Of a DNA stretch of 64,000 nucleotides, positions 18,524 to 29,220 are shown piece by piece (position 1 is the stretch's first letter; the number at the start of each line of letters is the position of its first letter). The stretch is from assembly GCA_017610175.1 (NCBI GenBank), contig JAFCCO010000002.1, positions 46,706 to 110,705 of the forward strand, written 5' to 3'. Origin of the DNA: Candidatus Iainarchaeum sp. (GTDB taxonomy: Archaea > Iainarchaeota > Iainarchaeia > Iainarchaeales > GCA-2688035). Both the position numbers and the translations under genes were made by a program. The notes beneath the pieces are model-generated. The model saw nothing but the letters and a program-made list of their open reading frames with translations, did no database searches and was not told the origin of the DNA.

Positions 18524-19891
18524 CTAAAGCCCTAGCTCTTTTTTCCACTTGCTGCAAAGCATTTCAACTTTTATTTCCGCGAGGCCTGTGTATTTTGTCG
18601 GGTCGGCAATTATTGTCATTTGTTCCTTTGAGAATTTTTCAAGATATGGCTTTAATTCAGTCTCTTCGCCGGCAATCTCCATCAGCGGCTTTCCTTCTTT
18701 GTCCGCTTTCAAAGTGAGCTGTTTCACGGTTTCGTGTGCGTCAGGGTGCTTGTGGAATGCGAGAAGAATGTAAAGCGGCTCTGCAACAATGCTTGCCCCG
18801 CTTTTGTCAAAGTTTCTCTTCATGCTTTCCCTGTCAACAACCAGCTTTTTGCACACGCGGTTTAGCCTGTTCGCGCTTGAAACAAGTGCTGCCAAAATCT
18901 CAGGAATAAACCTTTGCGACGCGCTGTTAGTCAAATCCCTTTGGTGCTCGCTTATCTGGTCAAGGTAAATTGTTGTCATCCTTGGCATAAATTCTTTGTA
19001 GAATGATTTTACGTTCTCAAAGTTTATTGGGTTTCTTTTGTGCGGCATTGTGCTGCTTCCAACCTGGTCAGATGCAAAGGCTTCTCCCACCTCTGCAATT
19101 TCGCTTCTCTGCAGGTTCCTCATGTCGTCCGCAAAGTTTGCAAGTATTCCGAATGCTGAAATGTTTGCGTGAACCAAATCCACAAGCGGCTCTGCCTCCA
19201 CAATTTGTGTGCTGCTTGCGCTTGCTTTGAGCCCAAGGCCTTTCATTATCCTTTCCTCAAACTTAAGCGGGTCCTTCACAAGAAGAGCGCTTGCGTTGTA
19301 TGCGCCAATTGCTCCCGAGAACTTTCCCACAAGTTTGTCTTTTGCGCCCTCAATCTCCTTTATGCGTGAGCCAAGGCGACTTACATACCCTGCAATCGCA
19401 AACCCGAATGTTATGGGCTCTGCGTGCTGTCCGTGTGTTCTTCCAATCTGGATTGTTCCCTTTTCCCTTTGGGCTATCTCAATGAATGTTTTTTCCAGTT
19501 CCAGGAGAGCGGGCAGAACAAGTTTTTCAACCGCGTCCTTGTATCTTAGTGCGTTTGCGGTGTCAACAATGTCATAGCTTGTGCTTGAAAGGTGGACGTA
19601 TGGCTTTGCCTCGTCGCTCACCCTTTCCCTTATTTTGTTCACAAGCGCCCTTATGTCATGCCTTGTCTTGTTCTCTTCCTCATACACTTCAGCCGCTTCA
19701 ACCTGCTTGCTGGCATTATCAATTTCCTTTGCAATTTTGGCTGAGCAAATTCCCTCAGCAGCAAGCGCCTTTGCAAGCTCTGCCTCAACTCTTGCCTGGT
19801 ACTTTATTCTTGCCTTTTCGCTGAGGTATTCCGAAATCTTTTTGCTTCCATATCTGTAGTCAAGCGGTGAGATGCTGTCAAATTTGTCCAT
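18524..19891 (-). CDS. purB: Adenylosuccinate lyase
   Basis: SPLDYRY, GRTHGQHA, GSSTMPHKRNP. Confidence 0.97.
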   Translation of the reverse strand: MDKFDSISPLDYRYGSKKISEYLSEKARIKYQARVEAELAKALAAEGICSAKIAKEIDNASKQVEAAEVYEEENKTRHDIRALVNKIRERVSDEAKPYVHLSSTSYDIVDTANALRYKDAVEKLVLPALLELEKTFIEIAQREKGTIQIGRTHGQHAEPITFGFAIAGYVSRLGSRIKEIEGAKDKLVGKFSGAIGAYNASALLVKDPLKFEERIMKGLGLKASASSTQIVEAEPLVDLVHANISAFGILANFADDMRNLQRSEIAEVGEAFASDQVGSSTMPHKRNPINFENVKSFYKEFMPRMTTIYLDQISEHQRDLTNSASQRFIPEILAALVSSANRLNRVCKKLVVDRESMKRNFDKSGASIVAEPLYILLAFHKHPDAHETVKQLTLKADKEGKPLMEIAGEETELKPYLEKFSKEQMTIIADPTKYTGLAEIKVEMLCSKWKKELGL

Positions 19892-19896
19892 TCAAT

Positions 19897-20859
19897 TCAC
19901 TCCGTTTTCTCAAGGAAGGTTTTGTACTCCTGCACAACTTCCTCTAGGCCCGGAACATTCCAGTGCTTTTCGCCTGTCCACGCCTCGCAAATGCTTTTGT
20001 ACATGTTTCCAACAAGCTCTATTAATTCTGCCGGAAGCGGGCTTGGGGACGTAAATTCACCGTGCCCCTTTCCTTCCCCTTTCTCTTTTTCAATCACTTC
20101 ATACCAGGGGGTTGTTTTGTAGTAATCCCTTAGAACCTGCTTGCTCAGGTGCATTCCGTTGAACAAAAATCTGTTTTCGTCAAGCGTTCCGCAAACATCA
20201 ACAAGCACAAGCTCTTTTGCCGGGTTGTATCCAAACTCTACCTTTCCGTCTGCGTGCTCCAATCCAAGCGATTCCGCTTTCTTTGTGAGGAAATCGTTTA
20301 TTGCAAGCGCCTTTTCTTTGAGCTCGTCAATCTTTTCCTGCGAGAGTGCTGAAATTTCCTTTGCTTCCTCCCATGTAAGGTAACGGTCTGTTGGCTCAAG
20401 CTTTGTGCTTACATCCATTATTGGCTTTTCAAGCTTTTCACCCGGAACCGGCATTTTGTCCAGCCCAAGCTGTTCAATTGTTGTCTGCCCCTTGTCAAGT
20501 CTCTTGAATACGCTGCTTCCGTCTGGAAGCGAGTTCCTGAAAATAACTTCCAGCGGAACAAGGTAGTTTGACATTCCTTCCTTTAACTCTCCTTTCTGCG
20601 GGAAAAGCACGCGAACCAAATCTACCTCCATCTCGTTTCCTGAAACAAGTTTTCTGAAGTGTGATTTTATTCCAAGCTTTGCAAGTTCCTCAAAATTGTA
20701 TGCGGCCATTCTGCATAGCGCTTCTCCCTTGTGGGGGATTGTGTCCGGCATTTTTCCGTAATCAAAGACAGAGTAGTCGTCCGTAAACTTGAACACTCCA
20801 ACCCCTGTCTCGCTTTCACTTGCCGCTTTTTCAACTGTCAGATCCTTTACACTTCCCAT
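19897..20859 (-). CDS. purC: SAICAR synthase
   Basis: GSVKDL, DDYSVFD, DGKVEFG, DENR, SKQ. Confidence 0.95.
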   Translation of the reverse strand: MGSVKDLTVEKAASESETGVGVFKFTDDYSVFDYGKMPDTIPHKGEALCRMAAYNFEELAKLGIKSHFRKLVSGNEMEVDLVRVLFPQKGELKEGMSNYLVPLEVIFRNSLPDGSSVFKRLDKGQTTIEQLGLDKMPVPGEKLEKPIMDVSTKLEPTDRYLTWEEAKEISALSQEKIDELKEKALAINDFLTKKAESLGLEHADGKVEFGYNPAKELVLVDVCGTLDENRFLFNGMHLSKQVLRDYYKTTPWYEVIEKEKGEGKGHGEFTSPSPLPAELIELVGNMYKSICEAWTGEKHWNVPGLEEVVQEYKTFLEKTE

Positions 20860-20868
20860 CAAACCACC

Positions 20869-21684
20869 TCATTTTTCCTGTTCGGCCTTATCGGTCGCAA
20901 TAACTTTTTCTTTCTGGCTTTCCCTAAAGCTCTTTAGTGCCTTAGTGTACTTGCCGTTTCCGATATTAAGCAATTGGGCTGCTGCAATGCATGCATTTTC
21001 AACGCGGTTCAATCCAACCCACGCACCTTTTGCGGTGTCCTTCTCAAGCAGGGCAACATCTTTTGCACTTGAACCCTCTTTCATGGGCACATTTATTGCA
21101 AGCGCATTCTCCCTTTCCTCAAGCTCTTCTCCAAGCGGATGCAGGTTAATCAGTATATCTTTGGCAGGGTCAAATCCCAGGCCAAGGTCCTCAACTATTT
21201 CAAATTCGGCTCCAAGTTCCTCGAGAACGCCAACCCCTTTGTGGAGCCTTTTTGTTGTCTTCTCTTCTTCCCCGAATTTGTTTAGCACAACTATTTTGCT
21301 TCTTTTTTCAAATGCAAGCCCTGCGGTTTCAGCAGCCTGTTCGGCATTGTTGACTCCAACAGCCAGAACCGGCATTCCGCCCGGCATTTGGTGCACTGAA
21401 AGCAATGCGTCTGTTCCCCCGTAGTTTCCTGTAACTGGCACTCCAATCACAAGTTTGAGGGTTTCCGAGGCTGTTACTCCTGGCAGTGCGGCGCTTAGTC
21501 CTGCTCCTGCAATAATTAGGTCTGCATCTGTTTTCCCTAAAATGTCCTTTAACATTTCAGGGGTCCTGTGCGCGGAGCAAATCCGCATCTCAAAACCAAT
21601 TCCCCTTGCTTTCAAACCTTTCAGGATTGCGCTGTAAACTTCTGAATCTGATGCGCTTCCAAAAACAACTAGTGCTTTACCCAT
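20869..21684 (-). CDS. purE: N5-CAIR mutase with a second degenerate PurE-like domain
   Basis: GSASD, SAHRTP, AGAGLSAALPG, QMPGGMPV. Confidence 0.9.
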   Translation of the reverse strand: MGKALVVFGSASDSEVYSAILKGLKARGIGFEMRICSAHRTPEMLKDILGKTDADLIIAGAGLSAALPGVTASETLKLVIGVPVTGNYGGTDALLSVHQMPGGMPVLAVGVNNAEQAAETAGLAFEKRSKIVVLNKFGEEEKTTKRLHKGVGVLEELGAEFEIVEDLGLGFDPAKDILINLHPLGEELEERENALAINVPMKEGSSAKDVALLEKDTAKGAWVGLNRVENACIAAAQLLNIGNGKYTKALKSFRESQKEKVIATDKAEQEK

Positions 21685-21748
21685 TCAAATCCCCCATAAT
21701 GCTAGCGTTATAACTCATTTAAAACTATTGCTTAGGAATGAATTTCGT

Positions 21749-22933
21749 ATGGCTTCTAAAAAAGCCCTTTCTTATTTGGGGGGGCTTGAAAAACAGGGAA
21801 TTATCCTTGGATTGGAGCGAGTGCGTGAATTTCTCGCGATTTTGGGAAATCCTGAAAAGAAATTCAAGTCAGTGCACATTGCGGGAACAAACGGGAAGGG
21901 GTCAACGGCTGCAATGCTTTCATCAGTTCTCCAAAAAGCCGGATTCAAAACCGGGCTCTACACTTCACCGCACCTTGTTGAATTCAACGAACGCATTCAA
22001 ATCAACGGCGAAAAAATTTCAGATTCCGAACTTGATGCGCTTGCCCTGCGCCTGCGCAGGCTGAAAGAGGAGTCCAAAATCCAGCTCACCTACTTTGAGT
22101 TCACAACAGCTCTTGCGTTCGAATACTTTGCGTCCAAGGAAGTGGACTTTGCGGTTATTGAAACCGGAATGGGGGGTCGCTTGGACGCGACAAACGTACT
22201 TTTGCCGGAGGTTACCGCAATCACAAATATCGCGGTTGAGCACTCCGAATACCTTGGGGATTCAATTGAGAAGATTGCGGCAGAGAAGGCTGGAATAATC
22301 AAGCAGGGCGTTTCATTTGTTACCACCGAACAGAATCCTGTTGTTATCGGGCTGTTCAAAAAAGTCTGCTCCGAAAAGCAAAGCAAATTTGTGCACATAT
22401 CCAAACAGTTTGCCGGACCGGTTCCGTTTCCCGGCAAGCACCAAAGAATGAATGCCGCGCTTGCATTTGAAACCGCTGCGCAGCTTGGAATTGGCGGGCA
22501 AATAATTGCGAACGGGATTTCTTCTGCCAAATGGCCTGCCCGCTTTGAAACAGTGCATGAAAACCCAAGGGTGGTTCTTGACGTTGCGCACAACCCTGCC
22601 GGCGCGCGCGCCCTTGCGGAAACAATTAAGTCCGAATTAAAGGCTGAAAAAGTGTTTCTTGTCCTCGGTGTTGCGGACGGAAAGGACATTGATGGAATCT
22701 CCTCCGCCCTTGCCCTGCTTGCCTCAAAGGTTTTTGTTGCGTCCCCAAAATTTCGCGGAATGCCCGCCGAACAGGCTTTGGATTCGGTTAAAAAATTCAA
22801 TTCAAACGCGGTTGCCTTCAAATCGGTTGCCTTTGCAATTGAAAAGGCAATTGAAGAGGCCGGAAGAGAAAGTGTGGTGGTTGTGTGCGGAAGCCACTTT
22901 ACTGTTGGGGAAGCTGTTTTAAATCTGCGGTAA
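21749..22933 (+). CDS. folC: Folylpolyglutamate/dihydrofolate synthase
   Basis: HIAGTNGKGS, TSPHL, ETGMGGRLDATN, LDVAHN. Confidence 0.96.
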   Translation: MASKKALSYLGGLEKQGIILGLERVREFLAILGNPEKKFKSVHIAGTNGKGSTAAMLSSVLQKAGFKTGLYTSPHLVEFNERIQINGEKISDSELDALALRLRRLKEESKIQLTYFEFTTALAFEYFASKEVDFAVIETGMGGRLDATNVLLPEVTAITNIAVEHSEYLGDSIEKIAAEKAGIIKQGVSFVTTEQNPVVIGLFKKVCSEKQSKFVHISKQFAGPVPFPGKHQRMNAALAFETAAQLGIGGQIIANGISSAKWPARFETVHENPRVVLDVAHNPAGARALAETIKSELKAEKVFLVLGVADGKDIDGISSALALLASKVFVASPKFRGMPAEQALDSVKKFNSNAVAFKSVAFAIEKAIEEAGRESVVVVCGSHFTVGEAVLNLR

Positions 22934-23000
22934 AAAAGGAAGTAGTTACCCACTTGCGAGTATCATAACGTTTTTAAGTAATTAGGTTGTGTTTTTTGTT

Positions 23001-23531
23001 ATGCACAAGTACAGATTGATTGCTGGAAGCGCAATGCTTGCCGCGGCAAGCGTATTGCTCCAAATATTCAAGATTGCAATACCCTGGGGTGTGATGGACA
23101 TTGACCTTGTGGGGGTTTCATGGCTTATTGCAACGTTCCTTTTCGGGCTTACAGGAGGGCTTTTAACATCCCTTGTTGCCGCAATCGGAATAGCAATTTT
23201 TGCCCCAAGCGGTTTTGTGGGTGCGCTAATGAAGTTCCTTGCAACAGGCATCATGGTGCTCATTGTGGGTGTTGTCGGCAAAACAGTTGGTTTTAACAGA
23301 AAGGGAACAGTTGTTGCATTTGCTGCCTGCTTGGTTGCAAGGCCTGTGCTTATGACTTTGTTCAATTACTATCTTGGAATACCGCTTTTCTTTGGAATGC
23401 CAACTGAACTTGCAATTGCGGAATTCCCGCCTGAACTCTTCTTGATTCCCAACGCAATACTTGCGGCCATTGACTTCTGGGTGGCTTATGCATTAGTTTT
23501 TGGCACCAATCTTAAGGCCCGAATTGAATGA
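23001..23531 (+). CDS. ECF transporter S component
   Basis: Small multi-TM protein preceding ECF ATPase and T component. Confidence 0.75.
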   Translation: MHKYRLIAGSAMLAAASVLLQIFKIAIPWGVMDIDLVGVSWLIATFLFGLTGGLLTSLVAAIGIAIFAPSGFVGALMKFLATGIMVLIVGVVGKTVGFNRKGTVVAFAACLVARPVLMTLFNYYLGIPLFFGMPTELAIAEFPPELFLIPNAILAAIDFWVAYALVFGTNLKARIE

Positions 23532-24688
23532 TTCTTGCAAAAAAACTTTCCGTTGCTTTTGGAAATGAATCTGTTTTCAAAAACCTTGAATTCATTGTTT
23601 CAGATAAAGAGCAAGCCGCGGTAATCGGCGCAAACGGTTCCGGAAAAACAACGCTTGCACTAATTCTTGCGGGCGTAATCCCTGATTTCAAGTCGGCAAC
23701 AGTTCGCGGTTCATTTGTTTGCAGAAAACCCGCTCTAATTATGCAGAATCCAAGCGGGCAGTTTTTTGCAATGACTGTTCGCGAGGAGCTTGGAGAACGG
23801 GGAATTAAGCTTGCAAAAAAGTTCGGTGCAGAAAAACTCCTTGACCGCACGGTCTTTGACTTAAGCGAGGGGGAAAAGCAGAAAATAAATCTCATTGCAA
23901 ACTTTTCTTTTGGGAGGCCTCTTCTGCTCGACGAGCCAACAGAACTTCTTGACCCGTTTGAGGAGAACCGCTTTCGCAAAATGATTGAGGGAATTGGGGA
24001 TCGCACAGTGGTCTGGTTTGACAAGGGGGAAGAGCACGTTCCCGCATTCCGCAAGATATTTATTGGTGGGCAGGAAAAAGCAAAGCTTCCTGCAAAGAAA
24101 AACAATGTGAAAACCGAATCGGTTCTTGACGCAGACTTTTTGATTTGCAGAAACGGCTTTTGCATAAAAAACGTTTCCCTAAACATTAAAGAGGGCGAAA
24201 AGATTGCGTTGATTGGTTTAAACGGTTCGGGCAAAACGACAATTCTCCGCGCCCTTGCGGGCGAGGGAACGCACTCCGGCAGACTTGAACTCAAGCGGGG
24301 CATTAGCTTTGTTCCGCAGAATCCAACCCACCTGTTTTTCAGGGAAACCGCCGAGGCAGAGCTTGTGAATGTTAAAAATGCGCACTCCCTTGGAATTGGT
24401 GGCTTGCTGCGCAAGAGCCCTGTTGATTTGAGCAAAGGTCAGCAGAAGCTGCTTAGCGTTGCAACAATTGAGCTAAACACAATTGCTTTAATGGATGAGC
24501 CGACCACCTGGCTTGATGCCCAGAACCGCGCAAGCGTTTACAATTTTATCAACGAAAGCAGGCAGGCAATGGTTATTGCAACACACGACCGGGGACTGCT
24601 TGATTACTGCGACCGGATTTTGATGGTTGAGAAAGGGGGGTTGAGTGAATGTTCCAGTACAGCGGCAAATCGCTTTTTTCGCAGGTAA
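23528..24688 (+). CDS. ECF transporter fused double ATPase
   Basis: Two GxNGSGKTT Walker A motifs, QNP, DEPT. Confidence 0.88.
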   Translation: MILAKKLSVAFGNESVFKNLEFIVSDKEQAAVIGANGSGKTTLALILAGVIPDFKSATVRGSFVCRKPALIMQNPSGQFFAMTVREELGERGIKLAKKFGAEKLLDRTVFDLSEGEKQKINLIANFSFGRPLLLDEPTELLDPFEENRFRKMIEGIGDRTVVWFDKGEEHVPAFRKIFIGGQEKAKLPAKKNNVKTESVLDADFLICRNGFCIKNVSLNIKEGEKIALIGLNGSGKTTILRALAGEGTHSGRLELKRGISFVPQNPTHLFFRETAEAELVNVKNAHSLGIGGLLRKSPVDLSKGQQKLLSVATIELNTIALMDEPTTWLDAQNRASVYNFINESRQAMVIATHDRGLLDYCDRILMVEKGGLSECSSTAANRFFRR

Positions 24689-25245
24689 ATGAATCGCTTA
24701 AGGTTGCATTCTTTGCGGTTTCGTTTATTGCGGCATTTGTGTTCCAGAACCCGTTCCATCAGGCTGTGCTTCTCGCCTTCCTGATTGCGCTGCTTTTCAT
24801 TGCACGCTACAGGGATTTTGCAAAACTCTTCGGAAGCCTTATCCCCTTCCTTCTCCTTGCAGATCTTAGTTTCTTTATCTTCCTAAGCGACACGTCCCTC
24901 AACCTTGTTCAGCTTACTCTGTCATCCAACCTCAGAATTTTCAGTCTCTTTGCGGCAACCGCCTTCTTCACTTTCTCAACCGACATCTTTGCGCTCGTTC
25001 GCCTGATGAAGCGCATTCATCTCCCTGAAACACTTTATCTCTCCATCTACATTCTTTTCAGGTTCCTCCCGGAGCTTGAGCGCGACCTTTACGAAATCAG
25101 GTCAATTCAGCGAATTAAGGGAATTTCCCCCAAACAGCCGGTGCGCTATGTGAAATCGGTAATGATTCCCCTTCTCTTTACTGCATTACAGAAATCCGAC
25201 GACATTGCTGTCGCATACTTCTTGAGGCAGCGAAGGGAGCAGTAA
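24649..25245 (+). CDS. ECF transporter T component
   Basis: RFLPEL..IRSIQRIKG, CbiQ-like. Confidence 0.85.
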   Translation: MFQYSGKSLFSQVNESLKVAFFAVSFIAAFVFQNPFHQAVLLAFLIALLFIARYRDFAKLFGSLIPFLLLADLSFFIFLSDTSLNLVQLTLSSNLRIFSLFAATAFFTFSTDIFALVRLMKRIHLPETLYLSIYILFRFLPELERDLYEIRSIQRIKGISPKQPVRYVKSVMIPLLFTALQKSDDIAVAYFLRQRREQ

Positions 25246-25277
25246 GTCTTTTAATGATTTAACCTGAAGTGGTTGAT

Positions 25278-25913
25278 ATGGCAAAATTTTCGCTGGAGCA
25301 GAAGACAAATTTCCTTCTCGGGTTGTTTGTTGCCTGCTTGGTTACGGCAAACCTCATTGGTTTGAAGGTAGCGTCCTTCGGGCTTTTTGAAGCAAGTGTT
25401 GGAATACTTGTTTTTCCAGTCCTTTTCCTTGTAACGGACATAATTGAGGAAGTTCACGGTTCGGCAAAGGCAAGGCAGTTTGTTTTCATTGGGCTTGGAA
25501 CCCTTGTATTCGTGCTGATTATAACCGCGATTGCGGTGCTGATTCCTGCGGCAAGCAGGAGCTTTGTTTCCGATGCGGAATATACGAAAATATTCGGAAC
25601 AACGCTTAGAATCTTTGTTGCGTCAATCATAGGGTTCTTCTTCAGCCAGATGCACGACGTTTGGGCCTTCAATTTCTGGAAACAGAAGACAGGAGGAAAG
25701 TACCTTTGGTTGAGGAACAATGCGTCAACAGCGGTTTCCCAATTAATCGACACGGTTTTGTTCATGTTTCTTGCATTCTACGGCCTCTCGCCAAAGTTCA
25801 CGGTGGGGTACCTGTTTGCGCTGATAATTCCGTTCTGGCTAATCAAAGTGGGATTTGCAATTTTTGACACTCCGTTCTGTTATCTTGGAGTAAAATGGCT
25901 TAAGTCCAAATAG
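25278..25913 (+). CDS. Queuosine-precursor transporter (VUT/YhhQ family)
   Basis: TDIIEEVHG, RIFVAS, WLRNNASTAVSQLIDT, DTPF. Confidence 0.92.
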   Translation: MAKFSLEQKTNFLLGLFVACLVTANLIGLKVASFGLFEASVGILVFPVLFLVTDIIEEVHGSAKARQFVFIGLGTLVFVLIITAIAVLIPAASRSFVSDAEYTKIFGTTLRIFVASIIGFFFSQMHDVWAFNFWKQKTGGKYLWLRNNASTAVSQLIDTVLFMFLAFYGLSPKFTVGYLFALIIPFWLIKVGFAIFDTPFCYLGVKWLKSK

Positions 25914-25917
25914 GATT

Positions 25918-25968
25918 AGGTTCTCTTTGAGGACCTTTTCTTTTTTATTTTCTTTTTTTCCTTTTTTG
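25918..25968 (+). terminator. Hairpin plus long U-tract
   Basis: AGGTTCTC-TTT-GAGGACCT followed by T-runs. Confidence 0.6.
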
Positions 25969-26073
25969 CCTGACTAAAGTGCTTTTGCAATTCGTCAAAT
26001 TTCGGAATCGGCATTAGGCTTTTAAACAATTAACCGCTATTCATATTGTTTTTAATCTGTGGGGGGTTTTGGA

Positions 26074-27336
26074 ATGGATGCAAAGTATGAGATGCACTTG
26101 AGTTATTTAAAAGATCACGATTCAGCTATTTTTAACGCAATTGTTGCCGAAAAGGAAAGGCAGATGGATGGAATTGAACTGATTCCAAGCGAAAACCTTG
26201 TAAGCCAGGGAGTCCTCGAAGCAATGGGCTCTGTTCCAAACAACAAGTATTCAGAGGGATATCCCGGGAAGAGATACTACGGCGGCAACGAAATAATTGA
26301 CATAATTGAAAACCTTGCAATCGACCGCCTGAAAAAACTGTTTGGGGCAGAGCACGCAAACGTGCAGCCCAATTCAGGAAGCCCCGCAAACATGGCGGCA
26401 TACTTTGCATTAATGGAACTGGGTGACACATTTATGGGAATGAAGCTCACAGAGGGCGGACACTTAACCCATGGCCACAAGGTAAACTTTTCAGGAAAGC
26501 TCTACAAGTGCAAGCAATACGGGGTCGATAAAGAGACCGAAATGATTGACTACGACACTGTGCTCAAGCAGGCAAAGGAAATCAAGCCAAAACTCATCCT
26601 CAGTGGGTACACCGCATACCCAAGGTCAATTGACTTCAAGAGATTCAGGGAAATTTGTGACGAGGTAGGTGCTTTCTGCATGGCAGACATTGCACACATT
26701 GCAGGCCTATGTGCCGGCGGGGCACACGAAAACCCTGTTCCATACTTTGACGTTGTAACAACAACCACCCACAAGACACTGCGTGGGCCAAGAAGTGCTG
26801 TTATAATGTGCAAGGGAGAGTTTGCCGAAAAGATTGACAAGGCAGTCTTCCCAGGGCTGCAGGGCGGCCCGCACGAGCACACAATTGCCGCAAAGGCAGT
26901 TGCATTCAAGGAAGCGCAGACCCCTGAATTCAGGGACTACTCCGCACAAATTGTTAAGAACGCAAAGGCAATGGCTGAAGAGCTCATGGCCCTTGGATTA
27001 AGGCTTGTTTCAAACGGAACAGACAACCACCTGATGCTTGTTGATGTATTCAAAAGCAAGAACTTAACAGGCAAAGAGGCGGAGCACGCCCTTGAGGTTG
27101 CCGGAATCTACTGCAACAAAAACACAATTCCGTTCGACGAAAGAACCCCGTGGGACCCAAGCGGAATCCGCATTGGAACACCTGTTCTTACAACAAGGGG
27201 GATGAAAGAGTCGGAAATGAAGGAAGTTGCGAGGTTCATTGCAAAAGCGTTGGACAATGCAAAGGACGAGGCAAAACTCAGGCAGATTAAGGCTGATATA
27301 AAGGAATTCTGCTCGGGGTTTCCGTTTTATAAATAA
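26074..27336 (+). CDS. glyA: Serine hydroxymethyltransferase (bacterial-like)
   Basis: [39 protein letters not shown]. Confidence 0.98.
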   Translation: MDAKYEMHLSYLKDHDSAIFNAIVAEKERQMDGIELIPSENLVSQGVLEAMGSVPNNKYSEGYPGKRYYGGNEIIDIIENLAIDRLKKLFGAEHANVQPNSGSPANMAAYFALMELGDTFMGMKLTEGGHLTHGHKVNFSGKLYKCKQYGVDKETEMIDYDTVLKQAKEIKPKLILSGYTAYPRSIDFKRFREICDEVGAFCMADIAHIAGLCAGGAHENPVPYFDVVTTTTHKTLRGPRSAVIMCKGEFAEKIDKAVFPGLQGGPHEHTIAAKAVAFKEAQTPEFRDYSAQIVKNAKAMAEELMALGLRLVSNGTDNHLMLVDVFKSKNLTGKEAEHALEVAGIYCNKNTIPFDERTPWDPSGIRIGTPVLTTRGMKESEMKEVARFIAKALDNAKDEAKLRQIKADIKEFCSGFPFYK

Positions 27337-27356
27337 TTGCCAGCCCAAGATTTTAT

Positions 27357-28196
27357 ATGCCCGCAAAATTGATAGACGGAAAAGGTATTGCCGCAAAAGT
27401 CCTTGAAGCAGCTAAATCGCGAGTTTCAGGGCTTTCCTTCAAGCCAGTGCTGGCCGTTGTTTTGGTTGGGGAGGACCCTGCTTCAAAGCTTTATGTGCAG
27501 AAAAAGCAGGATGCCTGCGAAAACGTTGGCATTGAATCAAAACTTGTTTCATTCCCTGAAACAATTTCACAGCAGGATCTGATTGCAAAGATTGAGGCGC
27601 TCAATTCAGACGAAAGCGTGAACGGAATCCTTGTGCAACTCCCTTTGCCCAAAGGGCTTGACAGGAACGCGGTTCTTGAAACGGTTTCCCCCTCAAAGGA
27701 TGTGGACGGATTCACTGCCGAAAACCTTGGGCTTCTTGCTCTGGGGGTTGAGGAAATGGTTTCCTGCACTCCAAAGGGAATAATTAAGCTGATTGAGTCA
27801 ACCGGAACGGACTTGAAGGGAAAGAACTGCTGCATTGTAAACCACAGCATTGTTGTGGGGAGGCCTCTTGCACAGCTTTTCCTGAACAGGAACGCAACGG
27901 TTTCAATCATCCACCAGTTCACAAAGGACTTGTCCGAGTTCACCAAAAATGCGGACGTTGTGATTACTGCCGCAGGTGTTTCGGATTTGATTAAGGCGGA
28001 CATGGTAAAAGACGGCGCAATTGTAATTGATGCCGGAATTGCCCGCAAGAACGGAAAGCTTGTTGGGGACGTTGACTTTGAGGCTGTAAAGGAAGTTGCT
28101 TCATTCATTACACCTGTTCCGGGCGGAGTCGGCCCAATGACCGTTGCTTGCCTGATTGACAACACAATTGTTGCCGCAGAAAATCAGCGCAGGTAA
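27357..28196 (+). CDS. folD: Methylene-THF dehydrogenase/cyclohydrolase
   Basis: GILVQLPLP, KDVDG, TPVPGGVGPMT. Confidence 0.98.
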   Translation: MPAKLIDGKGIAAKVLEAAKSRVSGLSFKPVLAVVLVGEDPASKLYVQKKQDACENVGIESKLVSFPETISQQDLIAKIEALNSDESVNGILVQLPLPKGLDRNAVLETVSPSKDVDGFTAENLGLLALGVEEMVSCTPKGIIKLIESTGTDLKGKNCCIVNHSIVVGRPLAQLFLNRNATVSIIHQFTKDLSEFTKNADVVITAAGVSDLIKADMVKDGAIVIDAGIARKNGKLVGDVDFEAVKEVASFITPVPGGVGPMTVACLIDNTIVAAENQRR

Positions 28197-28939
28197 TTCC
28201 ATTCCTTTCCCGCAAACTTTTCCCTAAGCTCTTGAGCAAGGGTTTTTTCTTCAGCCGTTAATTCCGACGGGACAAGTTTTGCTCCGAATGTTTTTTTAAA
28301 GCCCGCAGCCATTGCGTCCTCCATGTCCCTGAAGCTGTACTGCCTCTTTGTTTCAAACTCAAGGGATGTTACGCGCTGCTTTACACTCTCAATAATCTTT
28401 CCCTTCATTTTTTCATCTGGGACCTTTAGCAGTGAAAACATCTTGTCAACCCCTACCTCTAACAGAAGCGTTCCGTGCTGCAGAATGTTTCCGCCCCTTC
28501 TTGTCTGCGCGTTTCCGCTAATTTTTTTCCCGTTAACAATTATGTCGTTCAGCGGCACAAAGTCTGCCTTAACATTAAGCTCGTTCAATCCCGCAACAAT
28601 TGCCCCGCAAATCTTTCCATAGCTTTCAAGGATATTTTTTGAAACAAGCTTGCTTTCCTCGCTGCAAACAAAGCTGTATGTAAGCTCTTTTTCGTGAAAA
28701 ACCGCTCCCCCTCCGGTAATTCTTCTCACAACATCGCAGTCAAGCTCTTTTGCCTTCTCCAAATCAACTTCCTCGTTGATTCCCTGGAAATACCCGATGC
28801 TTACCGCATGCGGTTTCCAGCCGTAAAAGCGAACAACAGGCTTGTCCCCGTTTTTGTGAAGCCTCATTATTGCCTCATCTGTAGCCATGTTTGTTGCGGC
28901 ATCGGAAAAACCAGTGCAAAGCAGCCTAAATTCATTCAT
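28184..28939 (-). CDS. lplA: Lipoate-protein ligase catalytic subunit
   Basis: NMATDEA, RRITGGGAVFH, GKKISGNAQ, QHGT. Confidence 0.9.
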   Translation of the reverse strand: MNEFRLLCTGFSDAATNMATDEAIMRLHKNGDKPVVRFYGWKPHAVSIGYFQGINEEVDLEKAKELDCDVVRRITGGGAVFHEKELTYSFVCSEESKLVSKNILESYGKICGAIVAGLNELNVKADFVPLNDIIVNGKKISGNAQTRRGGNILQHGTLLLEVGVDKMFSLLKVPDEKMKGKIIESVKQRVTSLEFETKRQYSFRDMEDAMAAGFKKTFGAKLVPSELTAEEKTLAQELREKFAGKEWNYLR

Positions 28940-29220
28940 TTTGCGTTCTCTCCCGCTATTTTTATGGCTTGGGCAAGTGCTTTTGTATTTAACCCAAACA
29001 TTTCAATGGAATTTGCCTCAATTGCCTGGGCAATCACTGCCTCAAGCTCTTTTCCCATTTGTGCGCCCTCAAGTGCCTTTTCAATTGCCTCAATTCCGTC
29101 TTCCGGGTGCATAAAGAAATCGCCGTGAATTTTCACCGAACTGATTTTATCGCTTTCCAGCTCAAGTGAAAGCCTTACAAGTTTGCCGTCAGGCACCTTA
29201 TATATTGCTTCTCCCTTCAT
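28936..29220 (-). CDS. Lipoate ligase accessory subunit (LplB-like C-terminal domain)
   Basis: YKVPDGKL, IHGDFFMHPE. Confidence 0.85.
   Translation of the reverse strand: MKGEAIYKVPDGKLVRLSLELESDKISSVKIHGDFFMHPEDGIEAIEKALEGAQMGKELEAVIAQAIEANSIEMFGLNTKALAQAIKIAGENAK

Noticed and set aside
22090-24435. Long antisense ORFs (287 aa, 307 aa) and similar ones elsewhere
   Set aside because: Mirror frames of well-supported genes with no protein motifs
25246-25277. preQ1 riboswitch before the VUT transporter
   Set aside because: Gap is too short and lacks the motif
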